DNA of 64,000 nucleotides from Lytechinus variegatus (taxonomy: Eukaryota): assembly GCF_018143015.1 (NCBI RefSeq), contig NC_054743.1:35275243-35339242 (forward strand), read 5' to 3'. The number at the start of each line of letters is the position of its first letter. Positions within the stretch are counted from its first letter, which is position 1. Positions 1 to 11,516 of the stretch are shown piece after piece. The notes under the pieces were generated by a model. That model was not told the origin of the DNA. It was given only the letters and a program-made list of their open reading frames with translations, and searched no databases. The position numbers and the translations under genes are program-made.

Positions 1-77
1 AGTTATGGTGTTCTACGGATAAAACTCCTAGTTTGGAATCTCTTTTGACGGTGCTACTCGGTAAATAATGATACCTG

Positions 78-215
78 CTTTCTTCTTCTCCTCCTCCTCC
101 TTCTTCTTCTTCTTCTCCTCCTCCTCCTCCTTCTTCTTCTTCTTCTTCTCCTCCTTTTTTCCTCTTTTTCTTCCTCTTTCTCCTTATTTTCTTTTTCTTC
201 TTCTTTTATTGTTAT
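78..215. repeat. (CTT/CCT)n pyrimidine microsatellite
   Basis: Direct reading shows tcttcttctcctcctcc... units running for about 140 nt. Confidence 0.9.
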
Positions 216-1897
216 CATCATCATTATGATATCGTTCTTGTTGTTTTAGTATTACACTTTCTGTCAAAAATCCTATACATTTAATTTCCATGAATGTTTT
301 GATCTACGTACTGACATCAGCCTCGTTTCTTGTTTTGTCTCAAGATAGTAACCATTGGAGCAAATCTGTATAATTTCATTCGAAAAATAATATATCGCGA
401 TGCAGCTTGACATGAAAATAATTTTTTTTTTATCTGCAAAGTTCATATTCGTATACATTTTAATACTGTATTTTTTTCGTAAGAATGAATCAAAGATCAC
501 GAAGATTGGATTTTTCTGTATCTACGTTGATTATGTGTAGTTTTGTTTGTTCCTTCTCGATTTATTATAAATTCAGTTATTTATGGTAAACTTTATTTTT
601 AGTTTGAATATTCATATCTTACACAATTTCTATGCTCACATTCGATTTTGAAGAAGTTTTCAATGCTACACTTGTTTCATTTTCTTTAATTTCAAAACTA
701 AATTTGAAAATTTTTCCTTCTAATTTTCCTTCTTTTTAACACCGCCTGAATAATAGTTCAGAAATAATCAAATGCCAAATTCGTATTAACAGCACAATAA
801 TTATGAAAAAGGATAAAAACAAATAGATATACACTGTAATATCAGGAAATAATGATGTTGTGCAGAAGGGGGTTTTGTTATTTCAAACATCATGAACATT
901 GGCCTCGATAGCTATTTGGCCCTTGGCAATCCGCTACATCCACTGCATTTTTGTTTTACCCTTTACTTTTGTCATTATATTGATTGATTTCATCATTGTT
1001 TATGTAATTATTGTATGTATTATTGTACCTTTTAATGGATGTAAATAGAGTGAATTTGAATTTGAAACTTTGCTTTAATAGTTTAAAGCAACGGGAACAA
1101 GAAACGTTACCAAATCCGCGAGGTGTATTTCGTCGCGTGAGCGCAGAAAGGCACACAGCTCACATTTGTTATCTGATATTTTTTTAATTTTTTATTTCTT
1201 TATTTATTTTCTTCTTCTTTTTTTTTTTGGGGGGGGTGAAAATTTTTCAGAAATCCGAATCTTTAATACATGATTATTTCAACAATATACCCACTTAAGT
1301 ATATTTTTCTAAATCAAGAAATATTTGTTAAATCATTTCAAAATGTATTATGTCGATATAAATTATGTATATTTTTTTCTGCTATATGGTTCGATGATAA
1401 AAAAAATATCAGGTATAATTATATTTCAATTAGAATATTGCAGTGTACGTATGCACATGTTACTCATTATGTCATTTGCTTCTTATCATGTTATGCTGAG
1501 AAAAATTATTACACTTGTATTTACTTTTGTTATTGGAATTTGGAAATAAATCAATCAAATCAAATCAAATCCGCCGTGCAGTGCGTTTCGCCGAAAGGGT
1601 CTTCCTATGTTGATTTTGTGTACACGGCAATAAGCTCAGATATTACACGGACGTTAAAAAACATCTCTAAAAAGTGGGGCTTTCTTATAAATCGTTTATA
1701 TTGATTATGCAAATCCTGATTTTATTGAATATACAGCGAGATCTATAAACATTTTAGACATCAATGCCTCTAGGAAAAATATATAATTCGTGTTGAATCA
1801 GTGTTGAGCCATATCATATAATGGTGAAGTTTATGATGGTGCAGTATTTCTAGGTTATGAATCTCCTTTGCTTATATTGTTTACATTTTTAACGATC

Positions 1898-1928
1898 CTT
1901 CTTCTTTTCTTTTCTTTTTTCTTTGCAG
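1898..1928 (+). other. Polypyrimidine tract plus AG splice acceptor for the following exon
   Basis: The sequence cttcttcttttcttttcttttttctttgcag lies immediately 5' of the zinc-finger ORF. The AG is at 1927-1928. Confidence 0.7.
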
Positions 1929-3298
1929 CTGAAGATCGTTCTTTCGTGTGTCCAGTGTGCTCCAAGAAGTTTCGCTACCCGAACACTCTCAAAGCCCACC
2001 TGATGAGATGCGGCGCGTCGTCTAAGAGAACCGCATGTCCGCCTCATCGACAGGAACCTTTAGAAGATTCTACAAGGATTGGTAGCGCCTTCAGACGGGT
2101 CACGCCACGGTCGATCCCCTCTTCGTCATCGTTCACGACCACGGTGACACTCAGCGACGTCGTCACCAACGGGTCAAGACGACCAGAGGAGCACCCTCCC
2201 GAGGAAACCAATGGTAACAGCACAAACAACTCTTCATTTAAGTCGAACCCTTCTAGATCAAGTCCAAAGGTGGGCTTTCGCGCATTCCGCAAGAGCAGTT
2301 CCCCATCATCTACGCGTATGCAAGATACCACCATGAGTTCTTCGGATTCGACCCGGAAGGACTCCTCCAACGTCTTGTTTTCAGTAGATAAGATGTTGAA
2401 CCACACCGAACCACCGAGTTCAAGCAGTCAATCTTCAAAGTCACCGATCGGACTTGATAAGAATGCGAATCCGTTCGATCCGCTTGCCATCCGGTCTCAA
2501 CTTTCCATACCAACCGGCATCGGTCAGTACCGCCCGATCGACCCGTATTTACCGATTCGCTGCTTCCAACCTGTCATCCCCACCATCACTAGGTATGGAA
2601 GCATCCTTCCACCTGCCCATCATAGAGGTTTATACAGTGGTGCGCCTAATCCTTATTTCCCTTACAAAGTCCCCATCCCAACACCTCTCAAATTCGTCCA
2701 CCCAACGCATCCAATCCCTTCACCCAACGAAATAGAAATGCCCAAATTTGCAGGACTCGATCGGAACCATTTACCAGGAGCGTCCTCCTCGTTCCAGGTC
2801 GGCGAAACGCAGTATTCCTATCTGCAGGATTCCAGTAGAAAGAACAAGCGAGGACACCTGTGTATCTACTGCGGCAAGCTCTACTCCAGGAAGTACGGTC
2901 TGAAGATCCATCTGAGGACACACACGGGTTACAAGCCACTTAAATGCAAGGTGTGCCTTCGGCCGTTTGGTGATCCTAGCAACCTGAACAAGCACATCCG
3001 TCTCCATGCAGAGGGGGACACACCCTATCGATGTGAGTACTGCGGGAAGGTTCTTGTCAGACGGAGAGACCTTGACCGGCACATCAGATCCAGGCATCCG
3101 GCCGAAGCGAAGAAAAGAGAGAAGGAATCAGAAGAAGCGGAAGATGCTTCCAGTCACACAACCCATGTCACGGATGAAGACGATCACGATGATGAGGAGG
3201 ATGTCGATATGACGTCACCTCATAGCCCGGATGTCAGAAAGCCGACTGTATTCGAAGAAGGCCTCAATCCATGCATTGATGTACAAAGCAAAAGCTGA
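1929..3298 (+). CDS. PRDM13: Terminal coding exon of a PRDM13-like PR-domain zinc-finger protein. It encodes an atypical C2HC finger, a Ser/Pro-rich linker, three tandem C2H2 fingers and an acidic tail. The stop codon is at 3296-3298.
   Basis: The ORF track gives a 476-aa frame at 1868..3298. The translation contains FVCPVCSKKFRYPNTLKAHLMRC, a C-x2-C-x12-H-x4-C finger typical of the PRDM8/PRDM13 subfamily. It also contains HLCIYCGKLYSRKYGLKIHLRTHTGYKPLKCKVCLRPFGDPSNLNKHIRLHAEGDTPYRCEYCGKVLVRRRDLDRHIRSRHP, which from memory is nearly identical to the vertebrate PRDM13 C-terminal finger triplet. The N-terminal MLILFTFLTILLLFFSFFF portion of the ORF is simply the translated polypyrimidine tract. 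Confidence 0.85.
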
Positions 3299-3573
3299 AA
3301 ATCCAACTTTTTTAGGCCTACTTATATCATATCCACAAGATTGTAGAAGATGGATATTGTAGAGGTAACAGTAGAGCCACAATCTTTCCCAACATCAACA
3401 TGATCAACGAAAACGTGATTTTGTGCTATTTATTTCGAGGAGTGTCATGTTGAAAAGTCGGGCATGTAATGCTCAAAATATAATTTCTTACTACTATTCA
3501 CGACGCGTTTGAAAACAATCCTCTCAGTATTCAGTATATATGCGATATTACGAATCATTAATACCGAGTGGGC

Positions 3574-3579
3574 AATAAA
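3574..3579 (+). promoter_or_regulatory. Candidate AATAAA poly(A) signal about 275 nt past the PRDM13-like stop
   Basis: The hexamer gggcAATAAAtatttg is present at this position. Other AATAAA hexamers lie further downstream, so the choice is uncertain. Confidence 0.25.
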
Positions 3580-3660
3580 TATTTGCTGACACACACAAAT
3601 GCCAGGATAAATACAGTGATAATCATCATGGTAAAGTTGGTCATGATCGCAAAACCGTCG

Positions 3661-3885
3661 TGATCATCAACATCATCATCATAATCATCATCATCATCAT
3701 CATCGTCATCATCATCACCATTTTCATCATCGTCATCATCATCATCACAATCATCATCACAATCTTCATCATCACCACTGTCATCATCATCATCACCGTC
3801 ATCACAATCATCATCATCATCGTCATGATCATCATCACCATTTTCATCATCAACATCATCATCATCACCGTCATTAACAACAACG
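3661..3885. repeat. (ATC/ATCATC)n-type trinucleotide microsatellite
   Basis: Direct reading shows the repeat. The Ile-rich and Met-rich ORFs at 3641..3917 on both strands are artefacts of it. Confidence 0.9.
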
Positions 3886-4654
3886 CTGCTAACATTATTG
3901 TCTTTGCCACTGTATAATATGGAATTATGTTCTAATTCATTAAAAAATTAGTAATCGATCATCACCATGACAATTGAAATAAAATGCAAAAAAAAAACTT
4001 AGACCGACATGCATTTTTATTTTAATATTTATTCGAATTTGAACGTTAAATTGCATTGCCCATTAAATAAAGCATCCAATTATGTTATTAAAAATTTATG
4101 CTATTTATTTACATATATACCATCTACTAACCTGAATTTGTATAGTAAAAAATATGCTTAAGGGAATGACATTTAATCAATATCAAATACCTTGGCTCAG
4201 TACCTGTTTTATGTGCAATGAAATATTATAATATTTAAGTCTTTTTATATAATGTTTTGACGACGAATCTAGCTAAGTTTGATGCTTAATTCTATAAATA
4301 TTCGTATGTCTATTGTATATTTCTTGATCAATATCATCTAAATATTATGTTTGTTGTATTAACAAAAAGCAATAAAAGTATTGCGCTTCCATGAAATTAA
4401 TCATTTCGATGCTGTGTTACATTGTTTAATCAAAATTGGATTGTGTGAATTAACGACAGACTGAAATGAAAAGGGGGAAATGAAATCAAAATTATACTGC
4501 CTTGATATAAAGAAATTATAAAAAAAAAGATTAATGGGCGGGGGCAGGTTATGATAAGACTGATAACAAGTGTGTGAAGAAGAGAGAAGCACAGATTCAA
4601 TCAACAGAGTGGTGAACAGACAGGTATATGTATACAGAGATAATAATGAGAGGG

Positions 4655-5043
4655 GCAGAAAGAAGGAAAGAAGGAAGGAAGGAAGGAAGGAAGAAAGAAA
4701 TAAAGAAAGAAAGACAGACAGAAAGAAAGAAAAGGGAGAAAACAAAATAAGGCAGAGAGAGAGAAAGAAAGAAAGAAAGAAAGAAAACGGAGAAAACAAA
4801 ATAAGGCAGAGAGAGAGAAAGAAAAGGGAAAAAACAAAATAAGGGAGAAAACAAAATAAGGCAGAGAGAGAGAGAGAGGAGAGAAAGAAAGAAAGAAAGA
4901 AAAGGGAGAAAACAAAATAAGGCAGAGAGAAAGAAAGAAATAAAGAAAGAAATAAAAAAAGAAAAAGAAAGAAAGAAAGAAAAAGGAAGAAAGAAAAAGG
5001 AGAAAACAAATTAAGGCAGAGAGAGAGAGAGAGAAAGAAAGAG
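4655..5043. repeat. (GAAA/GAAAGAAGG)n purine microsatellite with embedded ggagaaaacaaaataaggcagagagag subrepeats
   Basis: Direct reading shows the repeat. The Lys/Arg/Glu ORF 4570..4842 and the Phe/Leu/Ser ORFs on the - strand are artefacts of it. Confidence 0.9.
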
Positions 5044-5494
5044 GAGTGGGATAGAAGAAAATATAAAGATAGATGGATGTGTATCCCGTCAAAGTTCCGC
5101 CCGTGGCACTTGCCCTTACCCCTATACAGAAACGACAGTGATACTGGCTTTGGATTAATGGTGTTAATTCTACGGACCGTTTGGTTTGATTCTAGTTTTA
5201 TCAATTGCTAATTTGAAAGAATTCCGATTGGTTACTTGGGATTCTTTTAAACAACATTGGTCACGGCAAATTTGTGATTTATCGCTACCATCGTGTTTTG
5301 GAGTGCAAATTTACCAACAAAAAATGAATAGCACAAGACTAGATATAACAAATAACCCATAATAGATACAAGTCTTGAGATTTAAGAGAATTATATTCAT
5401 TTTCAGCAATATTTATATATATATATATATATCCTACTTATATTTATTTTTGTCTACTCGTTCACACACCCACACATCACTCGCCGACACAAAC

Positions 5495-5665
5495 TCCCTC
5501 CCTCCTCTGTCTCTGCTCCCTCTCTCACTCTCTCTATCTGTCCGTCTGTGTGTGTCTCCCCCCTCTCTCTCCCCTCTTTCTATATCATCTTCGCCATCTC
5601 CCCCCTCGTTTTATCCCTCCTCTCACTCTCATTTCCCCCTTCTCTATCTTTCCTCGCATCCCATC
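5495..5665. repeat. CT-rich low-complexity tract, preceded by a (TA)n run at about 5405-5432
   Basis: Direct reading. Confidence 0.8.
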
Positions 5666-6179
5666 ATTATTGGAGGGATGAAAATGAGTCACATGGATTT
5701 TGATTAATCGTTAAATCTCTATCCATGTTGCTGGGATAAAGATATCTCTTTTGCAGAGCAAATAATCTTTGATAATCACAAGAACTATTTCTGATAAAGT
5801 GTAGATTTAGGGTGGCTTATAATGTCATCTCTCTGTTCGCTATCAATGTGGACTTAAGATTAACATAAAGTCAGCATTAGATTACCCTCTAATGCAATTA
5901 CACCTGCCATATTGATAAGAAAAATGACATATAATCCCTCATTTTTTTTCAATGCATCCATGCCTGCTTGTAGTAGGAGAGATAGTCATCTCGATATCAA
6001 GGCTTGTAATTAAGATTTAATAATTTCCTCAAAATACGAGATTAATTGCAGGGACGGGTCGCGATTCATTGATTAAAAAAAGATGATGAATGAATGTGCG
6101 CATGAATGCGTATCAAGGAAGAGCGAATGTATGGTGTCCGAGAAAGAAAGCATATTTTCTAGAATGGGGGTTTATTGAG

Positions 6180-6300
6180 AGGCGTATGTGAAATCGAACA
6201 TCTGATCATCCGGCCAGCCGACAACGCACTATGCGTGAGACGGGCGGGAACGGGTTTCACGCGATTGTCAATGTCGGTTCGCGAGAAGAGAAGCGAGTTT
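6180..6300. other. Small CpG-dense patch (about 12 CpG in 120 nt) in otherwise CpG-poor DNA
   Basis: Read directly as ccggccagccgacaacgcactatgcgtgagacgggcgggaacgggtttcacgcgattgtcaatgtcggttcgcgagaag. It could be an unmethylated regulatory island or a piece of UTR. Confidence 0.3.
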
Positions 6301-7740
6301 GTGAGTTATATATTTCCTCTTAAAAACACCGAAACCACTGTTTCATTCAAAACATTCATCGTCTATTCAATGTTTTGGATCTTCCTGTTTTGGGAGAGAA
6401 TGGCGTAGATATAGGCCTTTTGTTTAGCATTAGCATTGGTCATGTTGGATGGAAAAATAAAATTGATAGCTAAATGCTGGAATTATCAGCAGCAGTTCTT
6501 TTTGAATGAGCATGCGTCATGCCTACTAAGATACGCTGGTTGTTGTTGTATGGGGTGAGGAGAAATCGAGATAATGGAAATAAGAAATAAAGAAAGTAAG
6601 AAATGCAGAGAGAGGGAGGGGGAGGGCGTGGGGGCAAAGACAAGTTTTGTCGCAAAACGGTTTGAAAGTGGGGGGGGGGGGGGGGGCTGACCATGTAGAA
6701 AAGCGTCAAAAGCATCATTCTAAGTTCTTGTTTTTTCTACCGCTATTACAAAAAGTGTTGGGATGGTGCCTGAAACCCACCAAGCACCCCCCCCCTCGTT
6801 AAACGGCCCATGAAATAAAGAGGAAGTGAAAAAGAGAGAGGATCACCCTTGTATTATGAGGGAGAAGGCAACAGAAGATCGAATAGGGCAAATAAACTCT
6901 GCTGCCAGGTATATCTATGGTACAAGATTAGCTCTTGATTTAGTGACGTAAGAAGCGAAGGATAGGTTTTGCCATGTAACGATTTGGCCGAGTGAGAGGA
7001 ACATGACAGGGAAACCCCAGACATACGAAAAATTATAATAGCCAGTTTTTATATTAGCATGATATATGACATGATGTACGGCTCAAAGCGGGACAAAGCG
7101 CTTTACAGCATATTATTACCCCCGTCCATAGGCGGCGGAAGCGGGGGGGGGGGGACGGTGGGACGGTCCCCCCTAAATTTTTTGATAACCTTTTTTTTTT
7201 TTTTTTGCTTGTAATTTTTTTTCCTGCGGTCCCCCTAAATTCACGTGGACCCCCCTGTTGTTTAACTTCTAACAAGTTGTTTAAAAAACACTCAAACAAT
7301 TGCTCCAATCTTTTGATAGCGTTTTTACAGCGCTTAATCTGGAGCTTAAGAATCGCTGAGTCAACTACACGTATCCAATGCCTTGCCTGTCATGTCTCCT
7401 GTGGACGGCGTATAGGGTCGTGCTGCGCAGTATCGCTCAAATCTGCTGAGATAAAGTATCAAAATTATTACCAAACCTATCCTCGCTGAATGTGAGCAAC
7501 TTTGGTTATCATACATGCATGCTATTTCCATTAACTGTTTCCTCATTCCTCTCTCCTCTCGAAGGCACAATATTTGAAGCCTATTAAACTCTGGTTCTTC
7601 CTTCACTCTCTCACGTTCGGGCATGCGCTCTACTCGTGCCTCCTTTTCTGTTCTTCCTCAATATAAGATCTCAACTCCGTACCACTCAGGAACAGAGAAC
7701 GTAAATTTTTGCACCGCGAGGCAGAACGCTTTCAAGAACA

Positions 7741-7912
7741 TTGAAAATACATGTTTATTATCAATTGCCCTTCATGACAAAGAAAAACGAAGAAGTATTT
7801 GCCGAATATTTGTGAAATCAAAACAGTAGTCTTGTCCCTGCAGGATTCACCATCATTCGACAAAGACCTCCCAGCTGTTCATTGTCATTTGGCGGGCACT
7901 TTCAACAAGCTT
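7741..7912. mobile_element. Partial copy of MITE family A (related to 12330-12560 and the 27.7 kb and 42.7 kb copies)
   Basis: It shares the motifs cccttcatgacaa, tttgtgaa.tca and ttcgacaaagacctcccagctgttcattgtcatttg with the copy at 12330-12560. Confidence 0.5.
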
Positions 7913-8016
7913 ACTGTGATTTTAATTCGTTCTGCGTCACGATGCGAGTACTCACTACTTCCCCGATGCCAGCGAGTTTTTAGATATCCATTTTAAAATC
8001 TACACAACTCTATTCA

Positions 8017-8294
8017 GGGGCGGATCCAGGATTTTCCAAAGGGGAGGGGGCACATTTTCCCTGAGGAATAAAATGACAAGAAAAAAAAAGGTTTTCAACA
8101 AAAACAAGGACATTTCGTCCACGAAAAAAACTTGACAAGGAAAAAAAAATAAAAACAAGAAAGGTCTTCACTTTAAAGGGGGGGGGGACACACTTCTGTT
8201 TTGACGGCATTTTCATATTACAAATTTTGATTGTGCCTCTCAAAAGAGAGGGGGGCAAAGACCGGATTCCCCCCCCCCCCAGGCCTGGATCCGC
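8017..8294. mobile_element. Short nonautonomous element with terminal inverted repeats ggggcggatccagg / cctggatccgc and internal G- and C-runs
   Basis: The left terminus is at 8017-8030 and its reverse complement is at 8284-8294. The interior is A-rich. Confidence 0.5.
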
Positions 8295-8541
8295 TAGTGA
8301 CTCGGTTACCTAAGAAGTTTCACACTTACCCCCGTTCCTGAACCAAGTTGCCTCTCGAACCAAGCCTTTTACCAGCAGCTCTATACACTCTCAGCATACA
8401 TGTATCTGGACGTCCTATACAAAGAAATACCAATATAATTATATAATGTAAGTTCGCATCCTAGAAACCATTCATAACACTGCAAAGTGAATCTCATAAA
8501 TACAGTACACTAAAAAAAAAATGGTAAAATATGCTCCATGA

Positions 8542-8716
8542 GGGTAATTATGTGTCCAACCAACATCGGGCATTTCTTTTGGGCATTTCATTTATCCAGA
8601 GTGATGAAAATTTTGCCAATTCTAAAGTAATTGCGCCTTTTTTAACCTTACTGGATAATTACGCTTCCCACATTGAAAATACTTCCCCAAATATTGGTTG
8701 GACACATAATTACCCC
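8542..8716. mobile_element. MITE with 22-nt TIRs gggtaattatgtgtccaaccaa / ttggttggacacataattaccc
   Basis: The terminal inverted repeat is perfect, at 8542-8563 and 8695-8716. The interior shares acccaatattgg motifs with family D at 30.9 kb and 35.5 kb. Confidence 0.65.
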
Positions 8717-8939
8717 CGTGCTGGCTAAAATTTTACCCAATATCTTTTTTACAAGTGTATCTCGAAGGGAATCTATCTTGGTCGTAATAAAATCATTTGA
8801 TTTCTTTATATTACTCTTTGAAGGAATAACCATTTTAGGTTAAACTTTGAATACCTTTAAATTTTAACGAAGATAACACAGTTTCAACTAAACCACTCTT
8901 TTGCCGTTTCTTACTCTTCCCTTGAAAAAAAATTAAGTG

Positions 8940-9450
8940 TAATTCAATCTCACATAAAATATCAATTAAAGAGGTACTCCAGTTTTGATATATGATTTGA
9001 ACAGATCAAATCAAACTATGAAAATACTGAAAAATCATCAAAATCGCACAAGGAATAAAAAAAAAAGTAATTTCGTTGAAACAGCTCAACACATGTCATC
9101 GTTAATATTCAATTAGCAAGCTAATGATAACATATCCCCACTAAATCTTTTGTATTTAATTATATGAAATAACTTTGTTTTCTTCCAATTTTGTCCAAGA
9201 ATGAATAAAAATGGATTTTAATTCATTTTAATGTGCAAGACAAAAGTTGAAGCAACATATTTTGTTACAAGGAACCATAGTGAAAACGCTGAATAATTAT
9301 GTTTTAATGTGATTACATGAGAAAAGGCAAACTGGAGACATTACATCATCAACCCAACTCATGAATACTGTTTCCACAAAATATCGCTAAAAGATTATTA
9401 AAGTTCAGCAACTTCATTATTTGTTATCAGATTTCTATGACATTTTCAGC
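8940..9450. repeat. Diverged copy of interspersed repeat family C (other copies at 16.25, 22.0, 38.6 and 59.9 kb)
   Basis: It shares gaaaaatcatcaaaatcgcacaaggaataa and gacattttcagcattttgc with 22090-22230, 16700-16860 and 60040-60080. Confidence 0.5.
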
Positions 9451-10429
9451 ATTTTGCGTGGTGAATGTTACTACATTTATTTACATATATAATCATTTTC
9501 AACCCGGAGTATCCCCCTTGATGAAGATTTAGATTTTAATTACCTACACAATATACAGGACAACAGTTGAGTGGCGATCACTTATTCAATTTGTTCTCAG
9601 TTATATCTCCATGTGGGCAAAAGAAGGGTGGCAACGTTTGGCTTATTTTCTCTTTTTCTTTGGGGCAAATGCTTGATTTTTTTTACACTGACAGTTTTCG
9701 ATAGACCTGTTATTCATACAGCTTGCACTGTTAAAAAATCCCTGATTTTACAGAAAAATAAAAGAAGATTTTGCAGAAAGCAATACCAGAATCATTCTTT
9801 AAATTCATGAAACAGGAATTTTTCTGCAATTTAACAGAACAGGTCTATTGGAAAAAGGGGAAAAGAGTGTTTTATTTAAGGAAATTTGTAAGATTACACA
9901 CACCAAATACCAATTTCCTGTAAGATTACGCAATCTGGTAAGATTACAGGTGTTCTCGAGACTCTGCTGCAGGAACTTCTTTTAGTTTAAGGATAAATTT
10001 TCTAACATATGGCTCTTATTTAAATTTGATTCTTTATATAATTTTTTTTCTTAATTAAAAATAGAGATCAAAAAATTAAAATTTTCTTGCCATATTACTT
10101 TCCACCAATAGAGGGCGTACAAAAAAATATGCCCAAAATTCAAGTTTTTGAGCTCTCTGGTGAATACAAAAATTATTCCCAAGTTACTAATGGTAAATAA
10201 ATTGCAACTGTATGGAAATAGGTAATTTGGTCACAATAGTGATATTTTAATGATTTTTTTAAAGTGTGTGCTCAATACAGCATGGGCATACCATAGTCCT
10301 ACCTGTAGATTCTCCACAGGCCAGATGGTAGCAGTGAACAAGTGGTGGCGATGTAGTTTTATTTACGACTGTTAGCCGATGGCAGACAGTCTACCTTGTA
10401 TAATCCAAACCCAGCTTATATCATGCATG

Positions 10430-10690
10430 GTCTATGTCGTCGTCAGCTAGGACCGCGTTGTCGAGATGACTCGCATGTAGAACCGAAACGGAGACAATAT
10501 CATTCACAGTCGACCTCGATCATTCAGAACAAAATGGCGGCCTGGTGTCACAGGCCGCCAGTGAGAGTTTATCTCGAGAATGAAGTGTCTAATAAACTGC
10601 AGAGATCCGTTGGCGTGGTCGTAGTGACTTTGCTGTGGGTCCATGGTTTTATTAACGGCCAAAGATGGATAAACATGCAAATTCTGAACG
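10430..10690. other. CpG-rich patch (about 22 CpG in 260 nt) with an internal dyad ggcggcctggtgtcacaggccgcc
   Basis: Read directly. ORFs are open on both strands here (10396..10707 + and 10504..10716 -), which is expected for a GC-rich patch and is not evidence of coding. Confidence 0.3.
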
Positions 10691-11204
10691 AGAAGAAGTC
10701 CCCTTAGCCTGGCCACTTCTTCTAATACATTGTAATAGACCAGTTCGTAGTTACTTCATGGACAATTTTGGTCAAATGACATTTCATTTATTTCATTACC
10801 ATGATTACGATAGGCAGATTTCGAAGCAAGATATTACGTAAGCATGCCTTACATAGCAGGATGAAGAAATTGAATAGACCAGGTGACTAGAATGGCACAC
10901 CAGTGAACACTCAATGAAGGTATTTGTTGTATTCTTACTTTGAATGCATATTATAGCATGCTGTACAATGTACTTGGCAAACTGTGAAATACCAGTCGTT
11001 CGTGGACGCATTGTTGTTTTTTGTGGGTGTGAATGAAAACCACTATTCAAAAGAATAAATGAATAATCAAGACATCGAAGTTGGTGCTTATCTCATTAAA
11101 GTTTAAACCACCATGTCACTTTAGTACAAATGACCTTCTTCTGATCATGCGCAGAATGGAACTACGAACTGGCTTATAAATACACCACGCACCATTCTTA
11201 TCTT

Positions 11205-11372
11205 ATACCTCGATCACATTTGCTCTACGTCGGCCGTACGGCGAGTCGAAAACAGCCGTTTTATTGATTTTTATTCAAACCATGTATATGTAGCTATTAC
11301 CAAAATGTCAAAATGGCTGTTTTCGACTCACCGTACGGACGCCGTAGAGCAAATGTGACCGAGGTATCACAC
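11205..11372. mobile_element. Near-perfect long hairpin (MITE-like) with about 55-nt arms around a 55-nt loop
   Basis: The left arm tatacctcgatcacatttgctctacgtcggccgtacggcgagtcgaaaacagcc is reverse-complemented by ggctgttttcgactcaccgtacggacgccgtagagcaaatgtgaccgaggtat, with only about 4 mismatches. Confidence 0.7.
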
Positions 11373-11516
11373 TCACACATTCTGCTTTCTTATCTTTCTG
11401 CCTATATGACTTGAACAATGCCTGCACCTGACCTAGCAACAATGGACCATTGCACGCTTCATAGAACACATCGCATTCCATTATCTGTTCTCGACCGTGA
11501 ATAGTCGCGGACTAAA

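Noticed and set aside
1868-1928. N-terminal MLILFTFLTILLLFFSFFFA of the 476-aa ORF, as a possible signal peptide
   Set aside because: It is the translated polypyrimidine tract of the intron 3' end. The real exon begins after the AG at 1927-1928.
10396-10707. 103-aa ORF, and the 70-aa ORF on the opposite strand, as a small gene
   Set aside because: Both strands are open because the patch is GC-rich. There are no splice or Kozak features, so it is recorded only as a CpG island.
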